Source: Octopus bimaculoides
Taxonomy: Eukaryota
Assembly (NCBI RefSeq): GCF_001194135.2
Contig: NC_068981.1
Location: 100,705,657 to 100,769,656 of the forward strand
Direction of reading: 5' to 3'
DNA: 64,000 nucleotides
Within the stretch, counting starts at the first letter, position 1; each line of letters begins with the position of its first letter. Positions 48,610 through 61,859 of this stretch are shown here, piece after piece. A program made the position numbers and the translations under genes. Below the pieces are notes generated by a model. That model did not search any database. It had not been told where the DNA came from and saw nothing but the letters and a program-made list of their open reading frames with translations.

Positions 48610-49976
48610 NNNNNNNNNNNNNNNNNNNNNNNNNNNNNNNNNNNNNNNNNNNNNNNNNNNNNNNNNNNNNNNNNNNNNNNNNNNNNNNNNNNNNNNNNNN
48701 NNNNNNNNNNNNNNNNNNNNNNNNNNNNNNNNNNNNNNNNNNNNNNNNNNNNNNNNNNNNNNNNNNNNNNNNNNNNNNNNNNNNNNNNNNNNNNNNNNNN
48801 NNNNNNNNNNNNNNNNNNNNNNNNNNNNNNNNNNNNNNNNNNNNNNNNNNNNNNNNNNNNNNNNNNNNNNNNNNNNNNNNNNNNNNNNNNNNNNNNNNNN
48901 NNNNNNNNNNNNNNNNNNNNNNNNNNNNNNNNNNNNNNNNNNNNNNNNNNNNNNNNNNNNNNNNNNNNNNNNNNNNNNNNNNNNNNNNNNNNNNNNNNNN
49001 NNNNNNNNNNNNNNNNNNNNNNNNNNNNNNNNNNNNNNNNNNNNNNNNNNNNNNNNNNNNNNNNNNNNNNNNNNNNNNNNNNNNNNNNNNNNNNNNNNNN
49101 NNNNNNNNNNNNNNNNNNNNNNNNNNNNNNNNNNNNNNNNNNNNNNNNNNNNNNNNNNNNNNNNNNNNNNNNNNNNNNNNNNNNNNNNNNNNNNNNNNNN
49201 NNNNNNNNNNNNNNNNNNNNNNNNNNNNNNNNNNNNNNNNNNNNNNNNNNNNNNNNNNNNNNNNNNNNNNNNNNNNNNNNNNNNNNNNNNNNNNNNNNNN
49301 NNNNNNNNNNNNNNNNNNNNNNNNNNNNNNNNNNNNNNNNNNNNNNNNNNNNNNNNNNNNNNNNNNNNNNNNNNNNNNNNNNNNNNNNNNNNNNNNNNNN
49401 NNNNNNNNNNNNNNNNNNNNNNNNNNNNNNNNNNNNNNNNNNNNNNNNNNNNNNNNNNNNNNNNNNNNNNNNNNNNNNNNNNNNNNNNNNNNNNNNNNNN
49501 NNNNNNNNNNNNNNNNNNNNNNNNNNNNNNNNNNNNNNNNNNNNNNNNNNNNNNNNNNNNNNNNNNNNNNNNNNNNNNNNNNNNNNNNNNNNNNAGACAG
49601 AGAAAGATAGACAGACAGAGAGAGATATATATGTATACATATAGATGTATATGTACACGTATATGTATAGATATATATATATAGATCTATATGCATACAT
49701 GTATATGTATACATATGTGTAGATGTATATATATATATATATATATAGATGTACATGTAATATGTACACATATATACATATATACATGCATACAGATATC
49801 TATACATATATACACCCATCACACACACATACAAATGCACACAAACACACACATTAGTCATTTGTTTTCTTATCCAAAACTACGTCAAAAGTACTGAATG
49901 GATCTTTATGAAATTTGGAAATTATATTCTTTGCATAACGGCCATAACTCCCATGAAAATTCATATATTTTTGATG
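48191..49976. repeat. Large inverted repeat (~350-380-bp diverged arms) flanking a 985-N gap
   Basis: 48191-48543 is the reverse complement of 49595-49976, with scattered substitutions and indels. Confidence 0.8.
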
Positions 49977-50541
49977 ATTCTGCCAGCTCACCACCTTACA
50001 GATAGATTATGTTGATGTGACACCAATGTGTTCCAACTTGTGCACTATTTCACTTGTTGTTGGGCAGGGAATTGGGTTTTGCTGCACACTGCTAACCTAT
50101 TACATGCTGGCACAGATCGACAGTCAATTTAATCATCCCAGCTTCTTCATTGGTACTTTATGCTACTGACTTTAGGAAAATGAAAGATAAAGTTGAACTT
50201 GACAGAAGCCAAAATGAACACTGCAAGGCATTTCATTTGACACTAACAATTTACGAATCCGAGAAAATTTTTTTAAATATTTCTGCTCAGTGTTCTGAAG
50301 AACCTACTCAACTAATACCAAATTCTGAACGATACTGATAAAATAATGTAGAGTTTGAAACTAGACAGACATAGTTTGTAGCTGTATCATTTCTATCAAC
50401 TCTGTTCTTATATAAATGTAAATGCCACCAAATGTTAATAATGCAAAACATGTACAGGATATAAACCACAAGATTTAATGAACTGGTTTCATCTTGAATA
50501 GATCTATTGAAATGAAACAAAAGGAATGTATGATAATCTTA

Positions 50542-50923
50542 CTCTTTACTCTTTTACTTGTTTCAGTCATTTGACTGCGGCCATGCTGGAGCACCATCCT
50601 TAGTCAAATCAAATCGACCCCAGGACTTATTCTTTGTAAGCCTAGTACTTATTCTATCAGTCTCTTTTGCCGAACCGCTAAGTTACGGGGGCCTAAACAC
50701 CAGTATCGGTTGTCAAGCGATGTCGGGGGNNNNNNNNNNATATATATATATATATATATACGACGGGCTTCTTTCAGTTTCCGTCTACCAAATCCACTCA
50801 CAAGGCTTTGGTTGGCTCGAAGCTATAGTAGAAGACACTTGCCCAAGGTGCCACGCAGTGGGACTGAACCCGAGACCATGTGGTTGGTAAGCAAGCTACT
50901 TACCACACAGCCACTCCTGCACC
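50542..50923 (-). mobile_element. SINE family A, full copy (small gap at the central microsatellite)
   Basis: Reverse complement of 1084-1501. Confidence 0.85.
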
Positions 50924-52127
50924 TAAATATATATTTAGTTATGTTATATGAGCACAGCTGCTTGAATACCCTTTAGTTAATTATGATAAACTGTTGATGT
51001 AAACACTTGTTTTGAATTCCAAAAGCCATACGGATGAGTAGCCAATCCTGTTATAACAAATATAAAATGAGGCCATTTGGACTTTTATAAAGCCTGATCT
51101 TGTAGTTGGGTTAATTGTTGTTTTTGACACTATTTTAGCAAGAGAGAATACACAATGAATATGACATGCCTCTATTCAGTAAGTTAAATTGCTCTCTAAG
51201 CTTGCTTTAAGCTAGCTGTCTGCAACTCTTTTCAACCAAATGTTGCAACAACAGTTTGAGTCATTTGATTGTTAACTTTATGCAGTGTGAAACAGGAAGT
51301 TTTCTTTTTAAAAAAGAAAATGACTTGTTGCAGAAATGAAGAAACAAAAATAATTGTATTGGATGATTGTTGTTGCTAACATGTTTGAAGTGGAGAAATT
51401 CTGTCACTCAATTCTAGGATGATGTAGCTTTTTATTCTGCTAGCGTTCATCTATAATAATAAATGCCAAAACGAATTTTGTGTGTCAGTGTGTCACCTTT
51501 TGACCCCCTCTCTCACTATTCAATGACACTTCTACTATTCCTCCTGCTGGGATGAGAGTAATAGTAAACATAGAGATGGTGAGGTGGTAGTAGCTTGATG
51601 GTTGTGATGGTAATAGTATGAGCTGTAAGTTGTGATAGAGTCAGAGACGATGATGACGATGATGGTGGTGGTAGCTGAGGCAGTCAGGGATGACAGTGAT
51701 AGTAAGCGATGTGAAAGACAGTGTGATTGTGGTGGAGGAAAAGGCGGCAAAGTCAAAGGTATTGATGAGGGTGGCGTCAGAAGTCAGAATGGTGTGTGTA
51801 TGGTAGTTGTGGAGGTACTGGTGATAGTGATGGTGGGGGTACTGGTGATGGTGATGGTTGAAAACAGTCAACAGAAAGAGAGAGAGAGATTAGATAGAAA
51901 AGAAATTGTACTGACTCCCGAATGAGAAGACTCAAGACTCAAGGCTCAACACTAGATAGAGTGTTGGCTGTGTCTGTGGTGTTGGTGAAGGTGTTGGAAG
52001 CATGGGTGTTGGTGTGGTTTTGTTGTTTTCTGGTGATTTTGATTGCTTTTTGGGGGGTACTGCTTGTTTATTTGTTGGTGTACTGTTGTGCCTTTTTCTT
52101 AGTCTTTTATGTGTGACTTCTGTCCAC

Positions 52128-53321
52128 TCAGTTCTGTTGGCCTCTCTGTAGTTCCAGTGGGTTGAAATTTGCTAGTGTTTTTTGTTCCTTTGGCAAGAGC
52201 TGTGTTGGCGTTTTTGTAGGTACTGTGGTGGTGGTGTTTTTGCTGGAGCCCTCTCTTATTTCTTTTCTTGGTGTTTCTTCTCTTGTTGGGGTTGCTTCAG
52301 TTGTTGTAGTGTGGTTGGTGCTTGTATCAAGTGGGTAGTGCCCTCCTTCTGTTTTAGTTGTAGGCAGAAGGCTTTCAGGTGGTTTATTCTGTCTGAATTG
52401 ATAATATCTTGGCCTTCTACCCTCAACTGTGATGTTCAGCATAGTGCCATCTGGAAGGCTGAGTTGGTCAGGAATTGCAAATTCCTGACCAAGTCAAGAA
52501 GGACGGCTGTGACAATCCAGCAAGCATTCATTTCTGGTGGTGTCTCAAGTATTTTTATCTTAGCAACGTGCCGTCCCAAGTATGTTGGAACTAGGACAAG
52601 TTCATTGTTTCTCAGCTGGGCTGTTGAGTGCTGTTTTGCTACATTTTGTGTAGCAAATCTAACTTCAATTGTGCCATATTTCTTAACCCTTACCAAATGG
52701 GTTGCTAGCATTTTTCAACTGCTTGCGTTGTGGCAGTTTCTAAATGTTTATTTTTTAATGATATACTTTTGTACACTATGGTATGTTTGTTTTCTCTATA
52801 ATATCTGTTGGTGTGTTTATCAAAACACATCTTTCACTTTTTCTTTTTAAAATGTTTCTGTAGTCTTTGAGAGGTTCTACAGAAACATCTATAAATTCAT
52901 TGATTGGTTTTGCTATTGGAGCAAAACCTTGGCTGTTTAATGTATTGGGTGTTCAATGTCAGTGTTAGTGGTGGTAGTGGGAGGGTTTGGATTCACAGTG
53001 TTGCAACGCTAGCAGTGTCCATTAGCTGAATTTCGTTGCTCTTTTCTCTTCTTTCTCGTGTTTCTTTTCTTCTGCCTTCTGTTGCTCAGTGTGGCATGTG
53101 CTAGCAAGACTTTGGTCGTCCCTCTCTCTGCCTTTTAAAGTGCAGAGTGGGCAGTGACAATTAATTTTAAAACTTTTTAGGCTGTCTTCAGACAGCAGAG
53201 GAGAGAAGTCAAAAAGAAAGGACGTACCGACATTCTTCTCCAAGGACATTTTTACAAATTTTAAAATCGATACAGTAAAAAATGGAGATTTTAAATTGAA
53301 AATTTGCCCCAAAAAGGGCAA
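52128..53321 (-). mobile_element. Possible ORF1-like remnant of a non-LTR retrotransposon
   Basis: Overlapping broken ORFs with non-random protein (YGTIEVRFATQNVAKQHST...LVPTYLGRHVAKIKILETPPE, then a Thr/Pro/Lys-rich region); no splice structure and no recognisable host gene. Confidence 0.35.
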
Positions 53322-53482
53322 AGTCCCGCCTAACTGCTCAGCTCAGCAAGAGCCCAGTTGGCCTGGCCAAAGAAATGTTGTAAAAAATTTTCAGATACAG
53401 CGATATTATCTGTAAAAATTGCACAAAAACTTACAGCTCATGAACACACGTCCTTCCTCTTTGAAATTCATGAGCAGAGTTC

Positions 53483-53483
<1 letters not shown>

Positions 53484-53534
<51 letters not shown>
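53484..53534. repeat. (AAT)n microsatellite, representative of many (TA)n, (CA)n, (CT)n and (GA)n tracts
   Basis: Read directly. Other tracts include about 24078-24130 (CT), 43986-44033 (TA), 46687-46724 (GA) and 55146-55208 (CA). Confidence 0.95.
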
Positions 53535-53536
<2 letters not shown>

Positions 53537-53772
53537 CTTTCTGTCTGATGAGTCAGAAGTGAAGTTCAGGGTGCAGCTGTTGCAATATAACAGTCTGTTA
53601 AGCACTTCTAAAGTACATGTATATGTATGTGCATTTGTTTGTGTGTGTATGTGTGTGCACATGCGTGTGGGCGAGTTTGTATGTGCCTGGGTGGGAAAGC
53701 GGACGTTAAACAACGGTGATAAGCATATCTAAGCAATGTTTGTGTGTATACGAGTGAAAAACAGAAAAAGGA

Positions 53773-53813
53773 GTACTAACCTATCTACATAGGATATGTA
53801 GATAGGTTAGTAC
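53773..53813. repeat. Perfect 18-bp hairpin with 5-nt loop
   Basis: GTACTAACCTATCTACAT-AGGAT-ATGTAGATAGGTTAGTAC. Confidence 0.95.
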
Positions 53814-55146
53814 ACTTAAGTTGTAATTCGCTTAGGTTGACCACTGACCACTCACCACAAGAATATCATGTTTCATGTTTCATGTTCCAAGTCTATTCTG
53901 GCATGACACTTCTTATTTACGACCCACCACTGATATAGACAGACACAGCTCATACATATCTATCTCTTACGACTTTTAAGATCTCTGTATCTATTCTATT
54001 TATCACTTTATCTTCTTCTTCTACATTTAGATTGTTCCTCACCACCCTTCACCAACCCATCTAAATAGCTTAGATGTAGCTTACTTGACTATCCAGACTT
54101 TCTCTTATTACTTCCTAGATTACCCGCCCCACCGATTTGACTCACTTNNNNNNNNNNNNNNNNNNNNNNNNNNNNNNNNNNNNNNNNNNNNNNNNNNNNN
54201 NNNNNNNNNNNNNNNNNNNNNNNNNNNNNNNNNNNNNNNNNNNNNNNNNNNNNNNNNNNNNNNNNNNNNNNNNNNNNNNNNNNNNNNNNNNNNNNNNNNN
54301 NNNNNNNNNNNNNNNNNNNNNNNNNNNNNNNNNNNNNNNNNNNNNNNNNNNNNNNNNNNNNNNNNNNNNNNNNNNNNNNNNNNNNNNNNNNNNNNNNNNN
54401 NNNNNNNNNNNNNNNNNNNNNNNNNNNNNNNNNNNNNNNNNNNNNNNNNNNNNNNNNNNNNNNNNNNNNNNNNNNNNNNNNNNNNNNNNNNNNNNNNNNN
54501 NNNNNNNNNNNNNNNNNNNNNNNNNNNNNNNNNNNNNNNNNNNNNNNNNNNNNNNNNNNNNNNNNNNNNNNNNNNNNNNNNNNNNNNNNNNNNNNNNNNN
54601 NNNNNNNNNNNNNNNNNNNNNNNNNNNNNNNNNNNNNNNNNNNNNNNNNNNNNNNNNNNNNNNNNNNNNNNNNNNNNNNNNNNNNNNNNNNNNNNNNNNN
54701 NNNNNNNNNNNNNNNNNNNNNNNNNNNNNNNNNNNNNNNNNNNNNNNNNNNNNNNNNNNNNNNNNNNNNNNNNNNNNNNNNNNNNNNNNNNNNNNNNNNN
54801 NNNNNNNNNNNNNNNNNNNNNNNNNNNNNNNNNNNNNNNNNNNNNNNNNNNNNNNNNNNNNNNNNNNNNNNNNNNNNNNNNNNNNNNNNNNNNNNNNNNN
54901 NNNNNNNNNNNNNNNNNNNNNNNNNNNNNNNNNNNNNNNNNNNNNNNNNNNNNNNNNNNNNNNNNNNNNNNNNNNNNNNNNNNNNNNNNNNNNNNNNNNN
55001 NNNNNNNNNNNNNNNNNNNNNNNNNNNNNNNNNNNNNNNNNNNNNNNNNNNNNNNNNNNNNNNNNNNNNNNNNNNNNNNNNNNNNNNNNNNNNNNNNNNN
55101 NNNNNNNNNNNNNNNNNNNNNNNNNNNNNNNNNNNNNNNNNNNNNN

Positions 55147-55212
<66 letters not shown>

Positions 55213-55692
55213 TCCAGCTTATCATCTTGTTTTTGTGTCGTTCACCATCTAATCTGTGAAGTCTAATACTTTGAGATAGGATATTCTTTTTTCTTTGCTT
55301 TTCTTTTTAATTTTTATTCTTTTTACTTGTTTCAGTTATTAGACTGTGGCCATGCTGGTTACCACCTTGAATTTTAGTCGAATGAATTAACCCCAGTACT
55401 TATTTTCAAAACTCTGGTACTTATTCCATCAGTTTCTTTTGCCAAACTGTTAAGTTACAGGGATGTAAACAAACCAGCACCAGTTATGAAGCAGTAGTGG
55501 TGGTTGTGGGGAACAAACACAGTAACACAGGCACAAAGACACATGCATACACATATGCGCGTGCGCACACACACACGACGGGCTTCTTTCAATTTCTGTC
55601 TACTAAATCCAGTCTGGGATATTTGTATGTGTGTGCCTGTAGTATTGTTCTGGACGAGTGGTACTCCAATGTGAATTTTGATTCTTGTAGAG

Positions 55693-55987
55693 CAGGGGTT
55701 AGGGAACTTTTTAACCAATTACCCCAAAATATATTTATTTATGCCGACGTTACCTCCTTGATTTGAAAGAAAGAATATCATAGATTCTTTGAATTCAAAA
55801 GGTTTATTGAATCTACTTACATGTCCATTACAATGAACTGATGCAGTGTTGCTAGAAGAAAAATTTCTGCTATAACAAGGAACGCATTTTTTATGTAATT
55901 TTACTTATGTCTAACGAGTCCTTATTATCCCCAAGAATTTCATTTTTATCCCACTTGGAGTAATTTACCCCGGTTCACTGACCCTGG
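55693..55987. mobile_element. hAT-type MITE with perfect 8-bp TSD
   Basis: TSD TTGTAGAG at 55685-55692 and 55988-55995; TIRs caggggttagggaac / gttcactgaccctgg (11 of 15 match). Confidence 0.75.
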
Positions 55988-58929
55988 TTGTAGAGAGTAT
56001 TTTCAGACCTCAAAGAGGGAATCTAGTCTTTGAGATGAAGATTTAGCATTGTTATATTATATGTGAACCACAATGAAACATCATTAAATATTGTGCAGTC
56101 TTGCATTTGTAGGGACTTAGATGATTTTATTTGTGTGTTGCTTTGTTTCTCTGTGGAGAGGGTTTGTTACAAGAGTGTTTCTTTAGTAATCGTCATCGTC
56201 ATTGTTTTAATATTCACATTTCTATGCTTGCATGGGTTGGACAGAATTTGTTGAGGCAGATTTTCTATGGCTGGATGCCCTTTCTATCACCAACCCATAC
56301 CTTTTTCCCAGTAAGATTAATATTTCCCCATGACCAGACATTTTTTCATAGAAGATTGGAAATAAAGGACAATATTTGCATGATGGTGACATTCCTTTAC
56401 AACTGTCATGCAATGTCAAGATAAGGAAACAGTAACATACACACACACACACCTATTTTCAGACAGATTCAGAACAGAGTTTAACAACAAGCAGAAATAT
56501 CATTATAGCAAATATTCTGCTCAATACCAGAGATTTGCTTGTCAGTTGCTTGACCTTAACCTCTTGAGCATGTCCCTTAGTGGTTGACAATATGTGTATC
56601 TCTGATTATGAGCAGAAGTGGTGAGGGAGCATCATAGTGAGTAGTGAGGGAGCATCATATGTGTTGGGGTTTGAATAAATGTAACAAAAGTAATGTTTGA
56701 AGGAAGTATTATCCATTAGGGGTATGCAAATAGGAAATCACAGTTGCTACTCAAGGACAAAAATCATGTTATACAGTGTAATTATTCCAATTTAGAACAT
56801 CAAATAAAATTATTCATCATGAAAAGGCAGTTATTGAATACAGTTTTGCTTGAGTTGGATCTCTGAAGAGAATCCATAACTTGGAAGCAGTTACATATGG
56901 AAGCAGTTACATATGGAAGCATTTCACAGGTCCGGTACTTTCAATAGGCTGTACTTTTGCTGTGTGAAAAATTTGTGTGGTTGTCTGACTGTGTCGCTCG
57001 GTATGTGTAACCATGGAAATAATGTCACTATAGCATAAAGTTTCCTTTATTGAATAAGAACTACAGATAAATATTCCACTAGAGACAAAAGAACCATGAA
57101 AATAAAAGAAATAATGTATATAGTACTAAATGAGATCCCAGATTGTTAGCTCAATATGACTGTCATTATTAAAAATGAATTGAAATATCACTTAAACTGG
57201 CCTGCATTTGTTGTACAATCCCAGCTCAATCATATGACAAACATGACATCTGGTGAAAAATAAATATAAAATTGTTTGACATATAGTGTTCTATAAAATG
57301 GCCAAAAATCTGAGATGAGCAATCTGAACGTTTTTTTTTTTTTTTTTTCCATTAGCACAAAATATCTTGTATTTTGTTTTGTTTTTTCTAGAATAGTTCT
57401 AATTTAAACTGGGGATAGTTGTTTAAGTTGAAGTAAGTTGCTTTGCTATTATATTTTTCCATAGAGTTTATCTTAGAAACTCCGATGAAATATAATAAAA
57501 TTGCAATTAATTGTCTGTAGGTTGTTTTTCTTCTCCAAGGGTTCTAGTACTTCTGAGTGAACTAGACTGGAAACAAAATATTTTGTGTTCACTTTCTCTT
57601 ACATATTCATATTTTATTCATATTTACTAGTGTAAATAGGTTGTAATAGAATTGTTTGCCTGGTAGTTAATAACAACTAAAGAAAACAGAAAGCATGTGA
57701 CTGAAATTGTTAATTTTTGTTGACTTCACGTCATTTGTGTGCTAGATAGTGAAAAATGTATTATTGTTAATATATGAGTGAAAAACGGACAACAAACATT
57801 ATAGTTAGAAATATAGAACATCAAATCCAAAGACATATTTTTTGATAATATGACAATTATCGTCACCATTTAGTGTCCTTGCTCCATATTGGTATGGGTT
57901 AGACAGTTTGGCAGGATCAAATGGACTCAAGGATTGCATCTGATCCTTTGTCTACTTTGCCATAGCTTCTATGGTTGGATGCCCTTCCTAATGTCAGCCA
58001 CTTTACAGCATTTACTAGGTGCTCTTATTGTGCCACCAGAACTTGTGAGGTCACCAAACAGCTTGTAAGAGACTGCAAACCCTGAAAGTGGCGTTATGCT
58101 AGAAAATAAGGGGTTAAAATATGAGAGAAGGGACTAGAGCAGAACAGGTTTCTTGGTGTAGAGGGGACCACATGGCTACTTATGTTTTAGAAGGGTTGGA
58201 AGGGTGATTGAGGTGGGGCAGGGAAGAGATAAAAAAATTTCAGTGATAAGGCATTTGTGTTGATCAGAAAAGTACAAAGTACAGAGAAGTGAATGGGGGT
58301 AGATGAATAAGGAGTGTGTGGGTGGGTAGTACAGGAACGGTGGTGGTGGTGGTGGTGGGAAATAATGAATGATGAACAAGTGTTGAGTGGATGATAAGTG
58401 GGGAAGGTAAGCAAGAGTAGATAACTACTATAGAATTTGAATAGGTTTGAGAAGTGGATGTAGTGAATGGAGAAAGGGTTGGGTTGGGTTTTGGGTGAGG
58501 TGACCAATAATGTATGGAGGTGAAGAGCAGCATGATGATCATGTACACAGGAGAAAGATGAAAGAGAGAGATGAGTGGTTAGATAAGTTGCAAGAGTGCA
58601 GCAAGAGAGAGAGAGAGAGAAAGAGAGAGGCAAGCATTGTACATGGGGAGAGTGAGAGATGTATGGTGGCAGAAAAGAGGTAAGATGATTTGGTGGCTGG
58701 TGGGGTGAGCAATGTATAATGTAGCTGGAGAGGACAGTATTAAGGACGAGGGCTGGAAATCAAATGAAGTAGTTCCTGGTAGTGAGAAGGATTAAAGGTA
58801 TCTAGGGAACACTGCATTTAGAGAGATGGAGGGTGGTGGGAATGTTTTGGGAAAGAATTTGGGTAAAGGGCCTAGTTGTGAATATATATATATACAGAGA
58901 GAGAGAGAGAGCGAGTACTTTCAGAACTT

Positions 58930-59140
58930 AGTTTTGCTGAGGTGGATGCGTCTTCTTGAGAACCACACATTATCAGTCATCCCAGTCCCTTGTCGTCTCT
59001 GTGAGATTCAATGTCTTGAGATTAGCCTTCGCCACTTCATCCCATCCTCTTCGGCAAACTCTATCCACATAAATAATTAACACTACTTTGTCCTCATCTA
59101 CATGCATCACACAGCCATACCAGTGCAGTCTTCTTTCTTG
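58930..59140 (-). mobile_element. Old RTE LINE ORF C-terminal fragment
   Basis: WDEVAKANLKTLNLTETTRDWDD resembles the LTEAMTTDRDLW end of the element at 33778. Confidence 0.55.
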
Positions 59141-59385
59141 TACTTTTGCAAGAAATTCTGTTAATTATAAATTTATAATGGCTTTGAATTAGTCATGTTT
59201 AACTCTCATTAGATTCCTTTGTTCTATAAAAAAGGTTCATAAAAGAAATTATAAAATAAGACAGACCTATTCCAACTTTATGATTGAACAGTTAGTTGTA
59301 GGAAATATGTCTTACTTTTAAAATAGTTACTTCACAAAACAATAAAAAAAAAGTAACATCTCACTCTAGTAAATATTGACAAACA

Positions 59386-59780
59386 GGTGCAGGAGTGGCT
59401 GTGTGGTAAGTAGCTTGCTTACCGACCACATGGTTCCGGGTTCAGTCCCACTGTGTGGCACCTTGGGCAAGTGTCTTCTACTATAGCCTCGGGCCGACCA
59501 AAGCCTTGTGAGTGGATTTGGTAGAGGGAAACTGAAAGAAGCCCATCGTATATGTGTATATATATGTGTGTTTGTGTGTCTGTGTTTGTCCCCCCAACAT
59601 CGCTTGACAACCGATGCTGGTGTGTTTACGTCCCCGTAACTTAGCGGTTCAGCAAAGGAGACCGATAGAATAAGTACTAGGCTTACAAAGAATAAGTCAT
59701 GGGGTCAATTTGCTCGACTAAAGGTGGTGCTCCAGCATGGCCGCAGTCACATGACTGAAACAAGTAAAAGAGTAAAAGAG
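59386..59780 (+). mobile_element. SINE family A, full copy
   Basis: Highly similar to 1084-1501. Partial copies also at about 21100-21250, 28765-28905, 39095-39225, 40605-40715 and 55316-55600. Confidence 0.88.
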
Positions 59781-60753
59781 TAAACATGTAAACCACATCA
59801 ATAAAACTATTTCAGACTCTTGTAAATAAACGTTTCTTTTATTTGTCGGCAACAACTGAGATTAGGAAATAGAGAAATGCACTCTAATTTAACTGGTGGA
59901 CACTCCTGCTGTCATTAAAATTATCTTCACAGTTTAACCGAAAAAGAAGGTTTCACTTTATCTCTTTTGTATTTCGACAAGCCTTTTTATTTACTCTTCT
60001 CATTGCCACTAATGTTCTACTATTATATTTACAATTATTTTTTAAGTGTTCGTTACTGAATCTATTCTGTTTTGCATTCATTTTCATTTGATTGAACTAG
60101 TTTGCATTTACCCGACTTTATTATGTCACCTGTGAAGATCCTGAGTAACATTCAAGAGGACAGTAGGGTAATATCCCATGTCTGTACAGAATTGTGTGAT
60201 GAAGGTTTTCTTTTTTTCCTTGAAGGTTGACTTGTATATATTCCATGTCCTGTTATTTGTAGGAGTATATCACTAATGAGTCCTTGCTGAACTCTGCAAA
60301 ACACATGCATAACTCTCAAGTGGCATCAGTGAATGCAAGAATGTCATACTGTCTTTGGCTTTATACTTTTCCCACAAGGTATTTAGAACAACCCATAACA
60401 TCTGAGCATATCTTACCTCCAAGTGTTTGGTGATTGTTCAAGCAATGGACCTATACACTAGCACACAGTTTCCATAGTTTTGTATTTGGAACCTGTTATT
60501 GTAAACTATAGCAGTAACTGGCAAGAAAATAAAACTCTTTCTTTCTCATATATATTCATTATTCATTTATTAGTTCCAAATGTTCAATAGAATTTAACAA
60601 CCTGAACACTTTGTCCAGCTCTCCAGTACTGTATTTATTGAATGACTGAGTGCACCTATAGACTAAATATCACAAGGTATTTTTGTTTAATGCACCAATT
60701 TATTAGGCATCCTCTTAGTGATGAATGCATGCATGCACGCACACACATACACA

Positions 60754-61527
60754 CACGTGGTCTGATCAATAAGTATCTGGACTGTTGATATATAATAACG
60801 AAGCTAAAGCACACAGAATAAAGCTGCTCGGCACAGACTGATCTTGAACTCCTCTGTGCATGCACACTAAGTTCTAACGTTCTAGCTCACTTCTGCTGTT
60901 TACAATAGTGCTTGGAAGGAAGGTGTGTAGTGTGTAATCATCACATTAATCATGACAGAAAGTTGAGCAGAGAATCTGCATTAAATTTTGCCAAAAGCTT
61001 GGTGATACCTGCTCAGAGGCCTATGCAAAGTTTTTAAAAAGTTTTCATCGTTCTCGACACAATCAGGGAGAACTTGTGCAACTGAAACTCGAGTGTCATT
61101 TTGGTCAGTTGAAAGCAGTTTTGGTACAAACTTGGCAGACTTGCGTCTTATACCAAAATCTTCAGTGATAAAGGACTGATCTGAACCATAACTAATCTGC
61201 ACATCCTCTAACTCACAGGTGATGATTTGATGATTTCTCCTCATAGCTGCTCGCACATCTGTGACAGTTTTCCCAGTTATGTTGGTTGTGGGTCTCCTTG
61301 AACATTCGTCACTATCGACATTTTTGCAGCCAACTTGGAAACGTTTGTGTGTGGCTCATACACTCCTCTCCATACACTTTCTGCAACTTTGTTTAGGCCT
61401 CTGAGCAGGTATCGTCATGACAACTTTCTCTGTCATGGTCAATGCAACGATCATATATTACACACGTTCCTTCCAAGCACTGCTGTAAAGAGCAGAAGTG
61501 AGCTAGAATGTTAAAACTCAAGCTATT
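60754..61527. mobile_element. Mariner derivative made of two 5' portions joined in inverted orientation
   Basis: Forward 5' end with EQRICIKFCQKLGDTCSEAYAK to 61030; the reverse copy 61031-61527 carries ORF 60981-61256 (EDFGIRRKSAKFVPKLL, WVP-like linker). Confidence 0.8.
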
Positions 61528-61859
61528 AATCCACCTGAGTTTATGGTTAATGACACTGCTTAAGGTGCTGTGTAGTAGGATTGAACCCAGAACCACATAC
61601 CTGTGCTCATGTATACATACACATGTTTGGATGTGCAAATAGGAGAAAGAGTACTCTGCACATATAGTAGTTTCTCTCTTGAGTGGAATCTGATGACTCT
61701 ATTGCTACTCCAAATTTCTTGCTTTTGTGTGTTCATACATTCATCTTCTTGTAGACAAATGTACAAAAGCCACAAACTTGAGGTAGTGACAAGGTGAACC
61801 ATAAGTTTTGAACAAATCTATCAGCAGAACTGATTAGTGCTATTTCAACAACAGCAACT

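Larger units (their letters stand above)
2422..55145. other. Nine scaffold gaps (N runs) within this span
   Basis: N runs at about 2422-2431, 17288-17487, 22697-22964, 31784-32560, 43667-43883, 45048-45491, 48610-49594, 50730-50739 and 54148-55145; most abut microsatellites or homopolymers. Confidence 0.95.

Noticed and set aside
51535-52116. ORFs rich in Val/Met/Thr/His here and at 58176-58633
   Set aside because: Low-complexity GGT/GAT/GA-rich degenerate simple repeats; no domain or splice support.
53544-53600. CTGATGA after the (AAT)n tract
   Set aside because: No downstream GAAA or stem II; chance match.
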